Positions 11,937 through 22,807 of a stretch of DNA of 38,872 bases are shown piece after piece. The stretch is from contig NW_021835733.1 of the NCBI RefSeq assembly GCF_006345805.1, forward strand, positions 1 to 38,872, given 5' to 3'. Under the pieces are notes generated by a model, which was given only the letters and a program-made list of their open reading frames with translations, ran no database searches and had not been told where the DNA came from. Origin of the DNA: Octopus sinensis. Its lineage: Eukaryota. A program made the position numbers and the translations under genes. The first letter of the stretch is position 1; every line of letters begins with the position of its first letter.

Positions 11937-12365
11937 GGCGCAGGAGCGGCTGCGGGGTAAGTAGCTTGCTTACCAACCACATGGTTCCGGGTTCATTCTC
12001 ACTCCGTGGCACCTTGGGCAACTGTCTTCTACCATAGCCTCGGGTCGACCAAAGCCTTGTGAGTGGATTTGGCAGACGGAAACTGAAAGAAGCCTGTCGT
12101 ATATATGTATATATGTGTGGGGGGTGCATGTTTGTGTGTCTGTGTTTGTCCCCACCAGCATCGCTTGACAACCGATGGTGGTGTGTTTACGTCCCCGTAA
12201 CTTAGCGGTTCGGCAAAAGAGACCGATAGAATAAGTACTGGGCTTCCAAAGAATAAGTCCTGGCGTCGATTTGCTCGACTAAAGGCGGTGCTCCGGCATG
12301 GCCACAGTCAAATGACTGAAACAAGTAAAATAGTAAAGGAGTAAAGAGTAAAGAGTAAAGAGTAC
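11937..12365 (+). mobile_element. SINE family 1, full length (tRNA-like head, internal TA/TG tract, (GAGTAAA)n tail)
   Basis: A-box-like and B-box-like head (ggcgcaggagcggct...ggttccgggttcattc). It aligns end to end with the other copies in the window. Confidence 0.9.
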
Positions 12366-12911
12366 TATAATTCGGGTTTTGATATTCAATTTCTTGATTG
12401 TATTGGATCATTACATTTCTCAGTATCTTTGCACTGTTATTCCCAATTAATCCCTAATCCCTAATCCCTAATGTCTAAGTAAATTTATATATATAAAATG
12501 TATTGGTAAATATATTAATACAGAATAAATACCTTCGCCGCAAATCCATGAGATTTTGATCGCAGCATGGTATTATCAGAGAGGAGAAGTGATTTGCGAT
12601 GTAGAAGGATTATACTTATGAGTTTGTTTTAAGCTGTTCTATGTGACCAAAAGCCTGAAGTAGAGGATCTCTCTTCTCCCAGCGAAGGAAGCGTTTTAGA
12701 TAAAGCTCTCTGAACACAACCTCACAGACAACAACCATAATAACACTTGTGCTTTGCTTTTCTCTTTTAGTCAGTGATTCCTCGTTAAAAAGTGTTGATG
12801 CAGTGGACGGATGGACGTGTAGATACAATAGCCTGTTGTGTGAGTTAACCATGGGAACCGTCAATGTTGTATACATATACGATATTGGAAATGTGTGTGT
12901 ATGTGTGTGTG

Positions 12912-13222
12912 AAGGCGTGTAGCTTAGTGCTTAGCGTAATCGGCTCACGGTCGTGAAGACGTGAGTTCGATTACCGACGGCATGGTGTGTCTTTGACCAA
13001 GAAATTTTATTTCCCGTTGCTCTTGTCCACTCAGCTGGTAAAAATTAGTTGTACCTGCACTTCAAAGGGTCAACCTTATCACATTCTGCATCTCGCTGAG
13101 AACTATGTTACGGGTATGCGTGCTTGTGGAGTTCTCAGGGACTTTTACGCTAATTTTACATGCAGGTTGTCCCGTTGATCGGCTCAAATGGAACTCATGC
13201 CATCGTAACCAACGAAGTGCCA
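12912..13222 (+). mobile_element. Diverged tRNA-headed SINE (family 2 tail, CORE-like middle)
   Basis: Head gtagcttagtg...gagttcgatt. Shares the tail ggaac...gtcgtaacc.acg.agtgc with 22808-23188. Confidence 0.75.
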
Positions 13223-13459
13223 ATTACTGGGAATGTATACTGCGCATGATGGTGATAGTAAGGAAATGGCAAATTACACCGCGAATTTCAGTGTATTGTT
13301 TGCACATTCGACACCTGCAAAATGTAAGAGATTGATTAAGTCGGAGAAGGAATCGAATTTTCCTTGTTTATTTGTTAATTCTATTTCCGTTTAAAGAGTT
13401 CCTTAAGTCACAAATATCCAACTTCTGTGGATATGTCTATTACAAATCACATACACATA

Positions 13460-13562
<103 letters not shown>

Positions 13563-14085
13563 CCAGGGGCGTGCGGTCGTCTTTGTGGCTGGGGAAGCAA
13601 TGACCAAAATTTTCTGGTATTTATCCTCAAATGAGGAAAAGAAAAATGCGTTTGAAACAGAAAGATAAATCATCAACATTAGCCCAAAATTTAGAAGAAA
13701 ATTCGTGTCTTTTTTTTCTTTCAAAACTTTCACAATTTCATTTACTTTACAATACAATAGAATATGTCAAATGTCTTTATCTGGATGACGTCAAATGCTG
13801 CATCTCTGTCAAAAAAAAAAATCTCCAAACATATTTAACAAAAAATTGAATTCACAATTTTGTAAATTAGAATACGACGCCTGAACACAGGTATAGCTTT
13901 CCGCGTCCCATTTACTTGGATTATTAATGATGTTTAGGAATAAATCAGTAAGTTGCTCCTGATATTCACGAACTGTTTCTACCAGCGAATGATTCAAGCT
14001 CCAGTGAGTTGCTGCCACTTTTGGAAAACCCTTTTTAATTTCAATATCTAACAGATGCACGCGTTTGGTCGACTTACAAATAAAA
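13563..14085 (-). mobile_element. Decayed hAT DNA transposon fragment with a probable terminal inverted repeat end
   Basis: ORF 13809-14060 (KKGFPKVAATHWSLNHSLVETVREYQEQLTDLF...NCEFNFLLNMFGDFF) resembles the ZMYM1/Charlie-like hAT region around the (T)RW motif. CAGGGGCGTGCGGTC at 13564 looks like a hAT terminus. Confidence 0.7.
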
Positions 14086-14863
14086 ATAACGTAAAAGACT
14101 TTATCTGTGAAAAAGACCTTATCGCATTCTTGAATATTTGCATATATTATATGTGATATCTATTTTAAAAGAAAGACCGCCCTCCGGGCGGTTTTCTGCT
14201 ACCCGTTTATTCCCAGCTACATCTTTATTCCCAGTTCTAATACTTTTTATGTGTTACACCTAATTATTTCTTTATGTAACAGTGCTCACTTGCTTAGTAA
14301 ATATTGCTTTCATTATTTTATCACGGTCATAATCTCTCTTTTTTAGACAAACATCAAGGGAGTCCAACTACGGATGGAGAGGCAGTTTGTTAAGTTTAAC
14401 TTTCCTCTCAATGCAACATAGAGATTTCAATTCAGCCGCCCATTTGTAGGCTTTGCAGTATGTATGGAAGAGTGTATGTGTGTGTGTGTGAGAGAGAGAG
14501 AGAGAAAGAGAGAGAGAGGGTTGCAAACAACGAATAAAATGAAAAAATCGAATAAAATAAAGGGCATAACTGCAGATGTATACGCCCGCCACCGAATTTG
14601 CTGCCTCATAACATCCAGATGTTGTAGCTTGAAATGGAAGGAACTTTTCCTGCATTTATTTTTCACTTGTTTTGATTTGTTTTTTATATTTAAGGGAATC
14701 TACCCAGCTTTACTCGACGGAATACATTTGTAAATAAACGAAATTATTTTCGCTTGAAATCACACCATTAATTTTGAATTATTTATATTGATTACGTTCC
14801 AGTGGATAATATATTGGTTTGTAATTTTTTTAATTATTTAACTCTACAATTCTTAGTAATTAA

Positions 14864-15288
14864 TACTCTTTTACCCTTTTACTCTTTTACTTGTTTCAGT
14901 CATTTGACTGCGGCCATGCTGGAGCACCGCCTTTAGTCGAGCAAATCGACCCCGGGACTTATTCTTTGTAAGCCCAGTACTTATTCTATCGGTCTCTTTT
15001 GCCGAACCGCTAAGTGACGGGGACGTAAACACACCAGCATCGGTTGTCAAGCAATGCTAGGGGGACAAACAGAGACACATAAACATATACACACACACTT
15101 ATATATATATATACACACATATATACGACAGGCTTCTTTCAGTTTCCGTCTACCAAATCCACTCACAAGGCATTGGTCGGCCCGGGGCTATAGCAGAAGA
15201 CTCTGGCCCAAGGTGCCACGCAGTGGGACTGTACCCGGAATCATGTGGTTGGTTAGCAAGCTACTTACCACACACCACTCCTGCGCCT
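14864..15288 (-). mobile_element. SINE family 1, full length
   Basis: Reverse complement of 11937-12365 and 28772-29190 with high similarity. Confidence 0.9.
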
Positions 15289-15965
15289 ACACAGCCACTC
15301 CTGCGCCTATACAGCCACTCCTGCGTTTATGTTTTTCATTAACTTATCTGTACGTTGATTGTCTATTCTCTTCTTTGTTTTGTAGAAACGGTAATTTCAA
15401 ATGTCATTAATAAGTATCTGTATATTGTGAATTGTCATTTGAATTAACGCTGTAGTGGATTTATATTTTTTTCTGTTTGGGATCCGTCTGGCATTCGGTT
15501 AATTTCTTTCTGTCATTATTTAATAGTTTGTTTCTGGACTATTTGTAAAGCTCTTTATATTTTTCTTAGAACACATTCATTCCGATTTTGAATTCCTGAG
15601 GAAAAGCCGAAATTGTGATTTCAAAAGTATTATATTTCATTTTGTTTTGAATTAATTAGGCTTGGAAAAAACTCGTAGAGTTTTTATTGGATATCTGTGC
15701 GAACTCGGAATAAACTAACGTCTAGACTTCTATTTTTCATTTCCTTATTATGTCTTATGTGTGTGTGTGTGTGGTGTGTGTGTGTGAGCATGTGTGTGTA
15801 TAATAATATATACAGCAGAAGTAACAGCGTAACTCAAGGTCCGAGAGTTTGTGAACGAAATTCTTGGACTTTGTGTCCCTGTGTTACTTCTGCTAAATAT
15901 TAATTAAAATATATATGTAGTTATACTTGGAGTTCTATTTTTCCTGTTTGTATCACCATACCCAT

Positions 15966-16245
15966 ATAGATAGATAGATGGATGGATGGATGGATGGATG
16001 GATGGATGGATGGATAGATAGATAGATACATACATACATACATACATACAAACATACATACATATATACATACATACATACATACATACATACAGACATA
16101 CATACATACATACATACATACAGACATACATACATACATACATACATACATACATACATACATACATACATACATACATACGTACATACATACACACATA
16201 CATATACATACATACATATATATGTGTGTGTGTGTATACATATAT
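15966..16245. repeat. Compound (ATAG)(ATGG)(ACAT)n microsatellite
   Basis: Read directly from the sequence. Confidence 0.95.
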
Positions 16246-16313
16246 AAATACATATTATAGTTTCACTAGAGATTTCCTGAGTCAGGAAATCTCTAATGCG
16301 AATTTTTATCGAT

Positions 16314-16354
16314 GTACGCCAAGAGACCCAAACAGGTCGAAACATGTGTCGTAC
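16314..16354 (+). ncRNA. Degenerate type I hammerhead-ribozyme-like motif
   Basis: GTAC-GCCAAGA-GACC(CAAACA)GGTC-GAAAC(ATGT)GTC-GTAC has stem II, GAAA, stem III, a GUC cleavage triplet and stem I. The CUGANGA core is altered. Confidence 0.5.
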
Positions 16355-16514
16355 CCAATAAATTCTATTACTCTTCCCATCTATTCTATTAATACTGTTA
16401 ACCCAACCGCCGCTACGAAGTTCCTGCAATAAATCTATAGATAACAACAGATAACCGAAACTCTGCCGGTGCTATACTCCTCATCTATTTATACATTTTG
16501 CACCATTTCTCCAT

Positions 16515-16517
16515 TAT

Positions 16518-16559
<42 letters not shown>

Positions 16560-16617
16560 ACTGTGTCTGTGTTCATGTATATATATATATATATACAACT
16601 GTGTCTGTGTTCATATG

Positions 16618-16683
<66 letters not shown>

Positions 16684-16749
16684 GTGTATGTGTTTGTATA
16701 ATATACATACATATATACATATATGTACACGTATATATTTGTATATATG

Positions 16750-16799
<50 letters not shown>

Positions 16800-16830
16800 G
16801 TGTGTGTGTGTGTGTGTGTATGCGTGTGTG
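16515..16830. repeat. (TA)n/(TG)n compound microsatellite, with a short duplication of caactgtgtctgtgttcat
   Basis: Read directly from the sequence. Confidence 0.9.
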
Positions 16831-17476
16831 TTTGTGTGTATTTATGCATATATGCATATGTGTCTGACCCAATGGTACCTCGTGGTGTCATCTTCAAATA
16901 AGATAGGAATCAATATTATTTTTAATTTTTAGATCATAACTCAAGATGGATTACACCAATAAAAAGAACATTAAGTTATGTTTTTGTTAGCGAACTATGT
17001 AAAAGTTATATCAGACGAAGATAAAAAAAAGAGAGACAGATTTGAAAAGATAGCAAATTTACATAACACGTTACTTTTGAGTATTTTAATTAGAGAAACA
17101 AAATTAATACGAAACTGAAGTAAAATGATATCATCATAAATGAAAAAATACAATATATAAATGTTATCTTAGGAAAAGTGTCCAGAAAATTGGTATGATA
17201 AATAACGTACAACTAATTTGAATTTTTGGTAATGAACAAGGAAAACATGAGACAAACTTGATCAATCAAGATAAAATAGTTTATCTTGATGTTTGACTGC
17301 TTCATTGATTGGATGTTCTATTCCAGCAATCAGGGTTCGAGCTATGTCAAGGAGACAGCTTCTTCTAGTGTGGAGTTAACGTCAATTATTTAGCATCAGT
17401 GAAAATGAAGACCTTTAGGTGAGGAAGTAATGCAGGTCGCCTTAAGTAAATAGAAAATTTGAAAGACGATCATATA

Positions 17477-17845
17477 GCCGTAGGTGTGGCTGTGTGATAA
17501 GAAAATTGATTCCAAACCACATGGTTCCAGGTTCAGTCCTACTGCGTTGCACCTTGGGTAAGTGTCTTCTAATATAGCTTTGGGCTGACCAAAGCCGTCT
17601 GAGTGGATTTTATAGTCGGGAACTGAAAGAAGTCCATCACGTGAGTGTGTGCGTGTGTTTATGTTTGTCCTGCCACTGCTGCTGGACAACATGTGTTGCC
17701 TTTGTCACATAACGGTTCAGCAAAAGGATTCGATAGAATAAAAACCTGACTTTTAAAAAAGTAAGTACTGGGATCGATTCATTCGACTAAACATTTTTCA
17801 AGGAGGTGCCCCAGTCTACTAACTGAAACAAGTAAAAGGTAAAAG
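17477..17845 (+). mobile_element. SINE family 1, diverged copy
   Basis: Head, body and tail (actgaaacaagtaaaag) align with the other copies. Confidence 0.85.
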
Positions 17846-17894
17846 TTAACTGGAAATAAATTGAAATTACAGGCTGAAAACCAGAAGGCCAAGG

Positions 17895-18577
17895 TACGAT
17901 GCCAGGATCAGATGGTGAACACACAGAAGAACCGTTGGTTTGCCGTGTCTCCAAAATATGTCCCGATAGTGATAAAAATCAAACATCCAGCCAACATCAT
18001 GGTGTTTGGTGTAATTACTAATGATGGCGATGTTATGCCTCCATCTTCCCACACAGCCTCAGACTCAACACGGAGATCTACATCAAGTGCCTGACGAGGC
18101 AGTGCTGCCCTGGGTGAAGATGGTGGTTGCTGGAAGACCCTTATGTCTGGCAACAGGATTTTACACCATGCCACACAAGCAGGAGAACCCCGTCATGGCT
18201 GTCAGACAATTTCTACGACCATATCCCTCCTTACATCTGGCCACCTAACTTCCCAGACTGCAACCCTCTTGATTATTATGCGTGGGATGCAGTTGAGCGA
18301 GGGACTAACAAGAATCCTTGTAGCACCAAAGATGAACTGAAGGCAAGGATTGTGGCAGCATTCACCAACACGCAGTCCGTCCAGAAGAGTCGCAAAAGAA
18401 TCCGAAGTCGTCTGGAAGCCGTGACTGAAGCCAATGGCGATTTTATTGAATAAATTTACTCTTTCGTATTACAAGATATTTGTATGTAATTTTGTTAAAT
18501 GTATTTGTTAAAATGAGATGTTAGAGTTATTTTTAATTTTTGCGTAATTTAGACGACAATTTATTCACCGCACCCTC
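17895..18577 (+). mobile_element. maT (DD37D) Tc1/mariner-superfamily transposon, 3' half with terminal repeat; frameshifted transposase
   Basis: CQDQMVNTQKNRW...NIMVFGVITNDGDVMPP, then VWQQD-(37 aa)-DYY with WPPNFPDCNPLD, and the C-terminus RSRLEAVTEANGDFIE*. The end reads gacgacaatttattcaccgcaccc before the TA tract. Confidence 0.9.
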
Positions 18578-19449
18578 TCTCTATATATATATATATATTG
18601 ATCAGATATACCAAAGAGAAGAGAAAAAAATTATTTGCTCATCAGAATTTATGACCATAAAAAAACATTAGATGAGCGTTATGAGACAAAAAAGACCGTA
18701 GATTGTATTTTCGAATACAAAAAAAATAATATAAATAAACAGAATGACTCCAGACCGTGTCAAATGATTTAAACACCAAATCATAGAAAATAGGACAAAT
18801 TCAACAACTTCAAATGGTTAAGTGTTACTCACAAAAAAATGCACATATACAAATAGACGTTGCGCATTATATATACAGATCGATAATAAATACAAGTAAA
18901 TAATCTAGCGGGACAGAAAAGCGTGGATGTTCGTGTGTGTACGAGTGTGTGTGTGTGTGGTGTGTGTAGTTTCTGTGATGGCAGAAGAAATGAAAGAATG
19001 ATGCCATGCTATGATCTGTTTTATGTCGATCTTTCATCCTTCTGTTTGTATGTGTGTATTGTTGTATGTGCCTGAAGATGAACGAATGTGTTGACGTGTA
19101 TTTGTGTCTGGTTGTGTCGTTCACTTTCTTTTCTCTCCTTTCCTCCTACTTCAAATGGTTAAGTGTTACTCACGAAAAAACGTAAAATACTTGTCTCAAA
19201 GAGTATTTCGAAGGGTATTAAATGACTTATGGTATATCGGTTCTAATATTTAAGAATTAAGGTTTGTATAAATTTATTTATTTATCAACTGATGGAATTG
19301 ATATATATGATACAACATTAGACGTAAATATTCATCGTGTTTAGTTTCGTATCTAGGCTCAAAATCTATAGGGGTCAGCATTGAATTTGTTCCTATGGTC
19401 TAAATCGGTCACTTTTGTATCACTGTTAAGTTCCAGGTGAGTTATAATC

Positions 19450-19856
19450 TCTTTTTTACTCCTATTTTAAAACTGGTTTCAGTCATTTGACTGTGGCCAT
19501 GCTGGAGCACCATCTTTAGTCGAGCAATTCGACCCCAGGACTTATTTTTTGTAAGCCGAGTACTTATTATATTGGTTGGTTTTTTGCCGAACCGCTAAGT
19601 TACAGGGACGTAAACACACCACCATCGGTTGTCAAGTGATGTTGGGGGACAAACACAGACACACTAACATATACACACACATATACTAATATACGACGGG
19701 CTTCTTTCAGTTTCCGTCTACCAAATCCACACACAAGGGTTTGGTCGGCCCGAGGCTATAGTAGAAGACACTTGCCCAAGGTGCCACGCAGTGAGACTGA
19801 ACCTGGAACCATGTGGTTGGTAAGCAAGCTACTTACCACACAGCCACTCCTGCGCC
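19450..19856 (-). mobile_element. SINE family 1, full length
   Basis: Reverse complement aligns with 11937-12365. Confidence 0.9.
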
Positions 19857-19980
19857 TACTAATCGATTAAAGCTATGATCATAGACGCTCCAAATCTGAC
19901 CGTTCCATCATTTTCGCATCCAGAACCAGATCATTACAATATATTTTTCCATTGACTATTAATAACATGAGGCAAATATT

Positions 19981-20192
19981 GGTTTCAATTTTTGACACAA
20001 GACCAGCAAATTCGGCGGAGGGTTTAAGTCGATCACCGCAACCTCAGTGCTCGACTAGTACTTATTTTATCCACCTTGAAAGGGTCAAAGGTATAACTGA
20101 CACCGAGGGGGGGATTTGAATTCAGAATGTAAAGCCAGACGAAATGCTGCTTAGCATTTTGCTAGCGCAGTGACGATTCTGCCATCTTGTCG
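19981..20192 (-). mobile_element. SINE family 3, diverged copy
   Basis: Reverse complement aligns with the head and body of 27904-28134 but has a different tail. Confidence 0.65.
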
Positions 20193-20396
20193 TTTTATAG
20201 GGGGCAAATATTGGCTGCTTTATTTTTACAGCAGACAATACGACGACATAGAAACATACTCACATGGCCAATCAAATCATTTATTCAACCTGGATCTTTG
20301 ACTGCTAATTCTAGCATGACGAGCGGCCACATAGATGCTAGTCTATACTCAATTCTATTTCCCATTCAACCGTTCTCCTCGAAGATTTGTCTTGTA

Positions 20397-20741
20397 AGGG
20401 GTAAGGGGTAAAGACCCCCTTCGGTCATGAATGACCATGGGATTGCACCTAGAAAGTTACCCTCCTAGACACAAGTCCGGGCAAGGTTGTTTTATGGAAG
20501 ACCAGCAGTCGCCCATGCATACCAGCCTCCCCTCTCTACGCCACCAGTGTTATCCAAGGGAAAGGCAAAGGGGCCGATACAGCTTGGCACCAGTGACGTC
20601 GCAACTCATTTCTACCGCTGAGTGAACTGGAGCAACGTGAAAACAAAGTGCTTTGCTCAAGAACACAACACGCAGCGCGGTCCGGGATTCGAGCTCACAA
20701 CCTCACGATCGTAAGCTCGACGCTCTAACCACTGAGCCATG
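20397..20741 (-). mobile_element. tRNA-headed, CORE-like SINE with a 22-bp target-site duplication
   Basis: Head (minus strand) gcatggctcagtggttagagc...gagctcgaatccc. CTCCTCGAAGATTTGTCTTGTA occurs at both 20375-20396 and 20742-20763. The tail is a short ACCCCTT repeat. Confidence 0.9.
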
Positions 20742-21133
20742 CTCCTCGAAGATTTGTCTTGTACTCGGCCAATAAATATGGCGGTGTTCTTTAAGACCGA
20801 AACCGAGACGAGTAATAAATACAACCGTGACGTTTATATTCCTTTATCGTTGATAGTTTTTTAAGATAATTCCCAACAGAAATATTAGATTGTCGAAAGC
20901 AGCCATTGAAAACGTATCATAAATGTAGTCATGTTTGTATTTTTGTTTCTTTGTTTCGGTTTTTTCTTTCTTCTTCTTATCATTTCATACTTGAGAAAGA
21001 AATAACAGAAATAACAATAACAGCAGAAGCAACAACAACAGCAACAACAACAAAATGTAAGAAAGACATTTTGATCATTATATGAAATATAATAAAATAT
21101 CTTAGCAACATATTTCTGATAAAAGCGTATTTG

Positions 21134-21165
<32 letters not shown>

Positions 21166-21221
21166 TTCTCTCTCTCTATCTTTCTCTCTCTCTCTCTTTC
21201 TCTCTTTCTCTCTCCCCCTTA

Positions 21222-21271
<50 letters not shown>

Positions 21272-21590
21272 CGTTCATATGTAAGTATGTTTATATGCTA
21301 TGTGTGTGTACGTGTGTATGCATGTCTATGTATGTATACATATGCATATGCGTGTGTATGTAGGCATGTATGCATACATGTATATGTATGTATATGTGTG
21401 CGAATGTATGCATGTATATATCTATGTGTGTTTGTAATTATGCATGTATGTATGTATGCATACTTACTTGTATATATGTATGTATGTATGTACGTATGTA
21501 TGTATGCATACATACTTGTATATATGTATGTATGTATCTAAGCATTCAAGTGTATATGCATATACGCATGTATGTATACATACGCTAACA
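21134..21590. repeat. (CT)n-(CA)n-(TATG)n compound microsatellite
   Basis: Read directly from the sequence. Confidence 0.9.
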
Positions 21591-21683
21591 CGCTACCCTA
21601 AAAGTAGAGTGTTTGTCAATGACGTGTGTTATAAATTGTTATTAATTGTTTACAAAATACTTAGAAGTATTCTACCGGGGCTT

Positions 21684-21835
21684 TAGGTTCTGGTTTCGAA
21701 ATCTGCTGATGTCGAATTTGCCTTTCATTATTTCGGGCTTGATAAAATATGTCCCAGTTGAACGCAAAGATCGATATTATCGACTTAACTCTTCCTTAAA
21801 ATTGCTGGCCTCGTGCCAAAATTTTGATACCATAA
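21684..21835 (+). mobile_element. SINE family 3, 5'-truncated diverged copy
   Basis: gtcgaatttgcctttcat...gataaaatatgtcccagtt...atcgactt, with the tail attgctggcctcgtgccaaaattttgatacc. Confidence 0.6.
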
Positions 21836-22167
21836 TTTATAGCACATCCTTGGGAATAAGTAAGAGTAGAGAACAAAGTACAGAGAGAGGAAAAGGAAGA
21901 AGGATTGGAGGACACAGGAGAGAGAAAGGGACAGAAAGAAATCTTTGATTCCTTCTGTTTCTTCGTCTAATCTCTAAATTGCTCTTTCGTTACTGAAATT
22001 GGCGGATACTGAGTCAATGACCATGGACTTAGGACGAGAGATCTTGGATCTCTGAAAGTGATGTTGCTGAAAGTGACTTCCAAAGATAACCTGGACCATT
22101 GCTGAGTTAGAGTTTCTTTGGTAACTGCAGCAAAATCAGAACAGAGTAAATTGTAAGTATTGTCTAT

Positions 22168-22186
22168 TAGCGCCACCTCGCGGTCA
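22168..22186 (-). promoter_or_regulatory. CTCF-like binding motif
   Basis: The minus strand reads TGACCGCGAGGTGGCGCTA against the canonical TGGCCACCAGGGGGCGCTA (15/19). It lies in unique sequence. Confidence 0.5.
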
Positions 22187-22330
22187 GCCAAGAGTGAAAG
22201 GACGCTACCGTTTTGATCAGAAGCAGGCCTGGTAAGTGTTTTGTGTCATAATTTTGGACAATATAAACAATAATGATTACATATTAATAATATAGATTAT
22301 AGATTAATATAGATTATATCTTATCAGGAG

Positions 22331-22645
22331 AATAAGGGCAGGACAAGTGTTTAACTCAAAGCGAAGCTGAACAAGCCTGTACGTACCAGACTCTTAAAAA
22401 GCACGGTCCTACGAGCGATCTTATAAGCAAGTATGACGTGGATTACTACGAAGAGAAAAGAACATTGATCAAATTATGATACAAAGGGCCATGGAAAGAC
22501 CCATGCTAGGAATATCATTATGAGACCCCATTGGAAATGAGGTCATTCGAGAACAATGGAATGAACGACATGAGCGCAGATGACCGGAAGCACAAATTCC
22601 ACTGAGGTGAACAGGTCGCGAGATTCACAGCCAACAAGAGATCGG
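22331..22645 (+). mobile_element. Decayed RTE-clade LINE ORF2 fragment (post-RT region)
   Basis: STVLRAIL*ASMTWITTKRKEH, QRAMERPMLGISL*DPIGNEVIREQ and KFH*GEQVARFT correspond to the RTE pattern VLP..LYA.ETW...QR.MER.MLG.SL.D.I.N..IR...W.GHVAR. Confidence 0.8.
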
Positions 22646-22807
22646 AAAAAACCCCACTCGGAATGCCTTCATGGCGATTTCGTTAAACTATTTGGGCTCA
22701 GATGAAAAAAAGAAGGGTGCAGTCGAGAAAGAATTGGAAACGCATTGTGACCAGCGGTGTATAACAGCTTCTGATTACTGGTCTGTACAGTAATACAGTG
22801 ATTTACT

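Noticed and set aside
12448-12472. Telomere-like (CCCTAAT)x3
   Set aside because: A 7-nt unit with only three copies, not a (CCCTAA)n array.
14170-14197. Bacterial rho-independent terminator or contamination
   Set aside because: The flanks are eukaryotic repeat-rich DNA with no prokaryotic ORFs. It is kept only as an unexplained hairpin.
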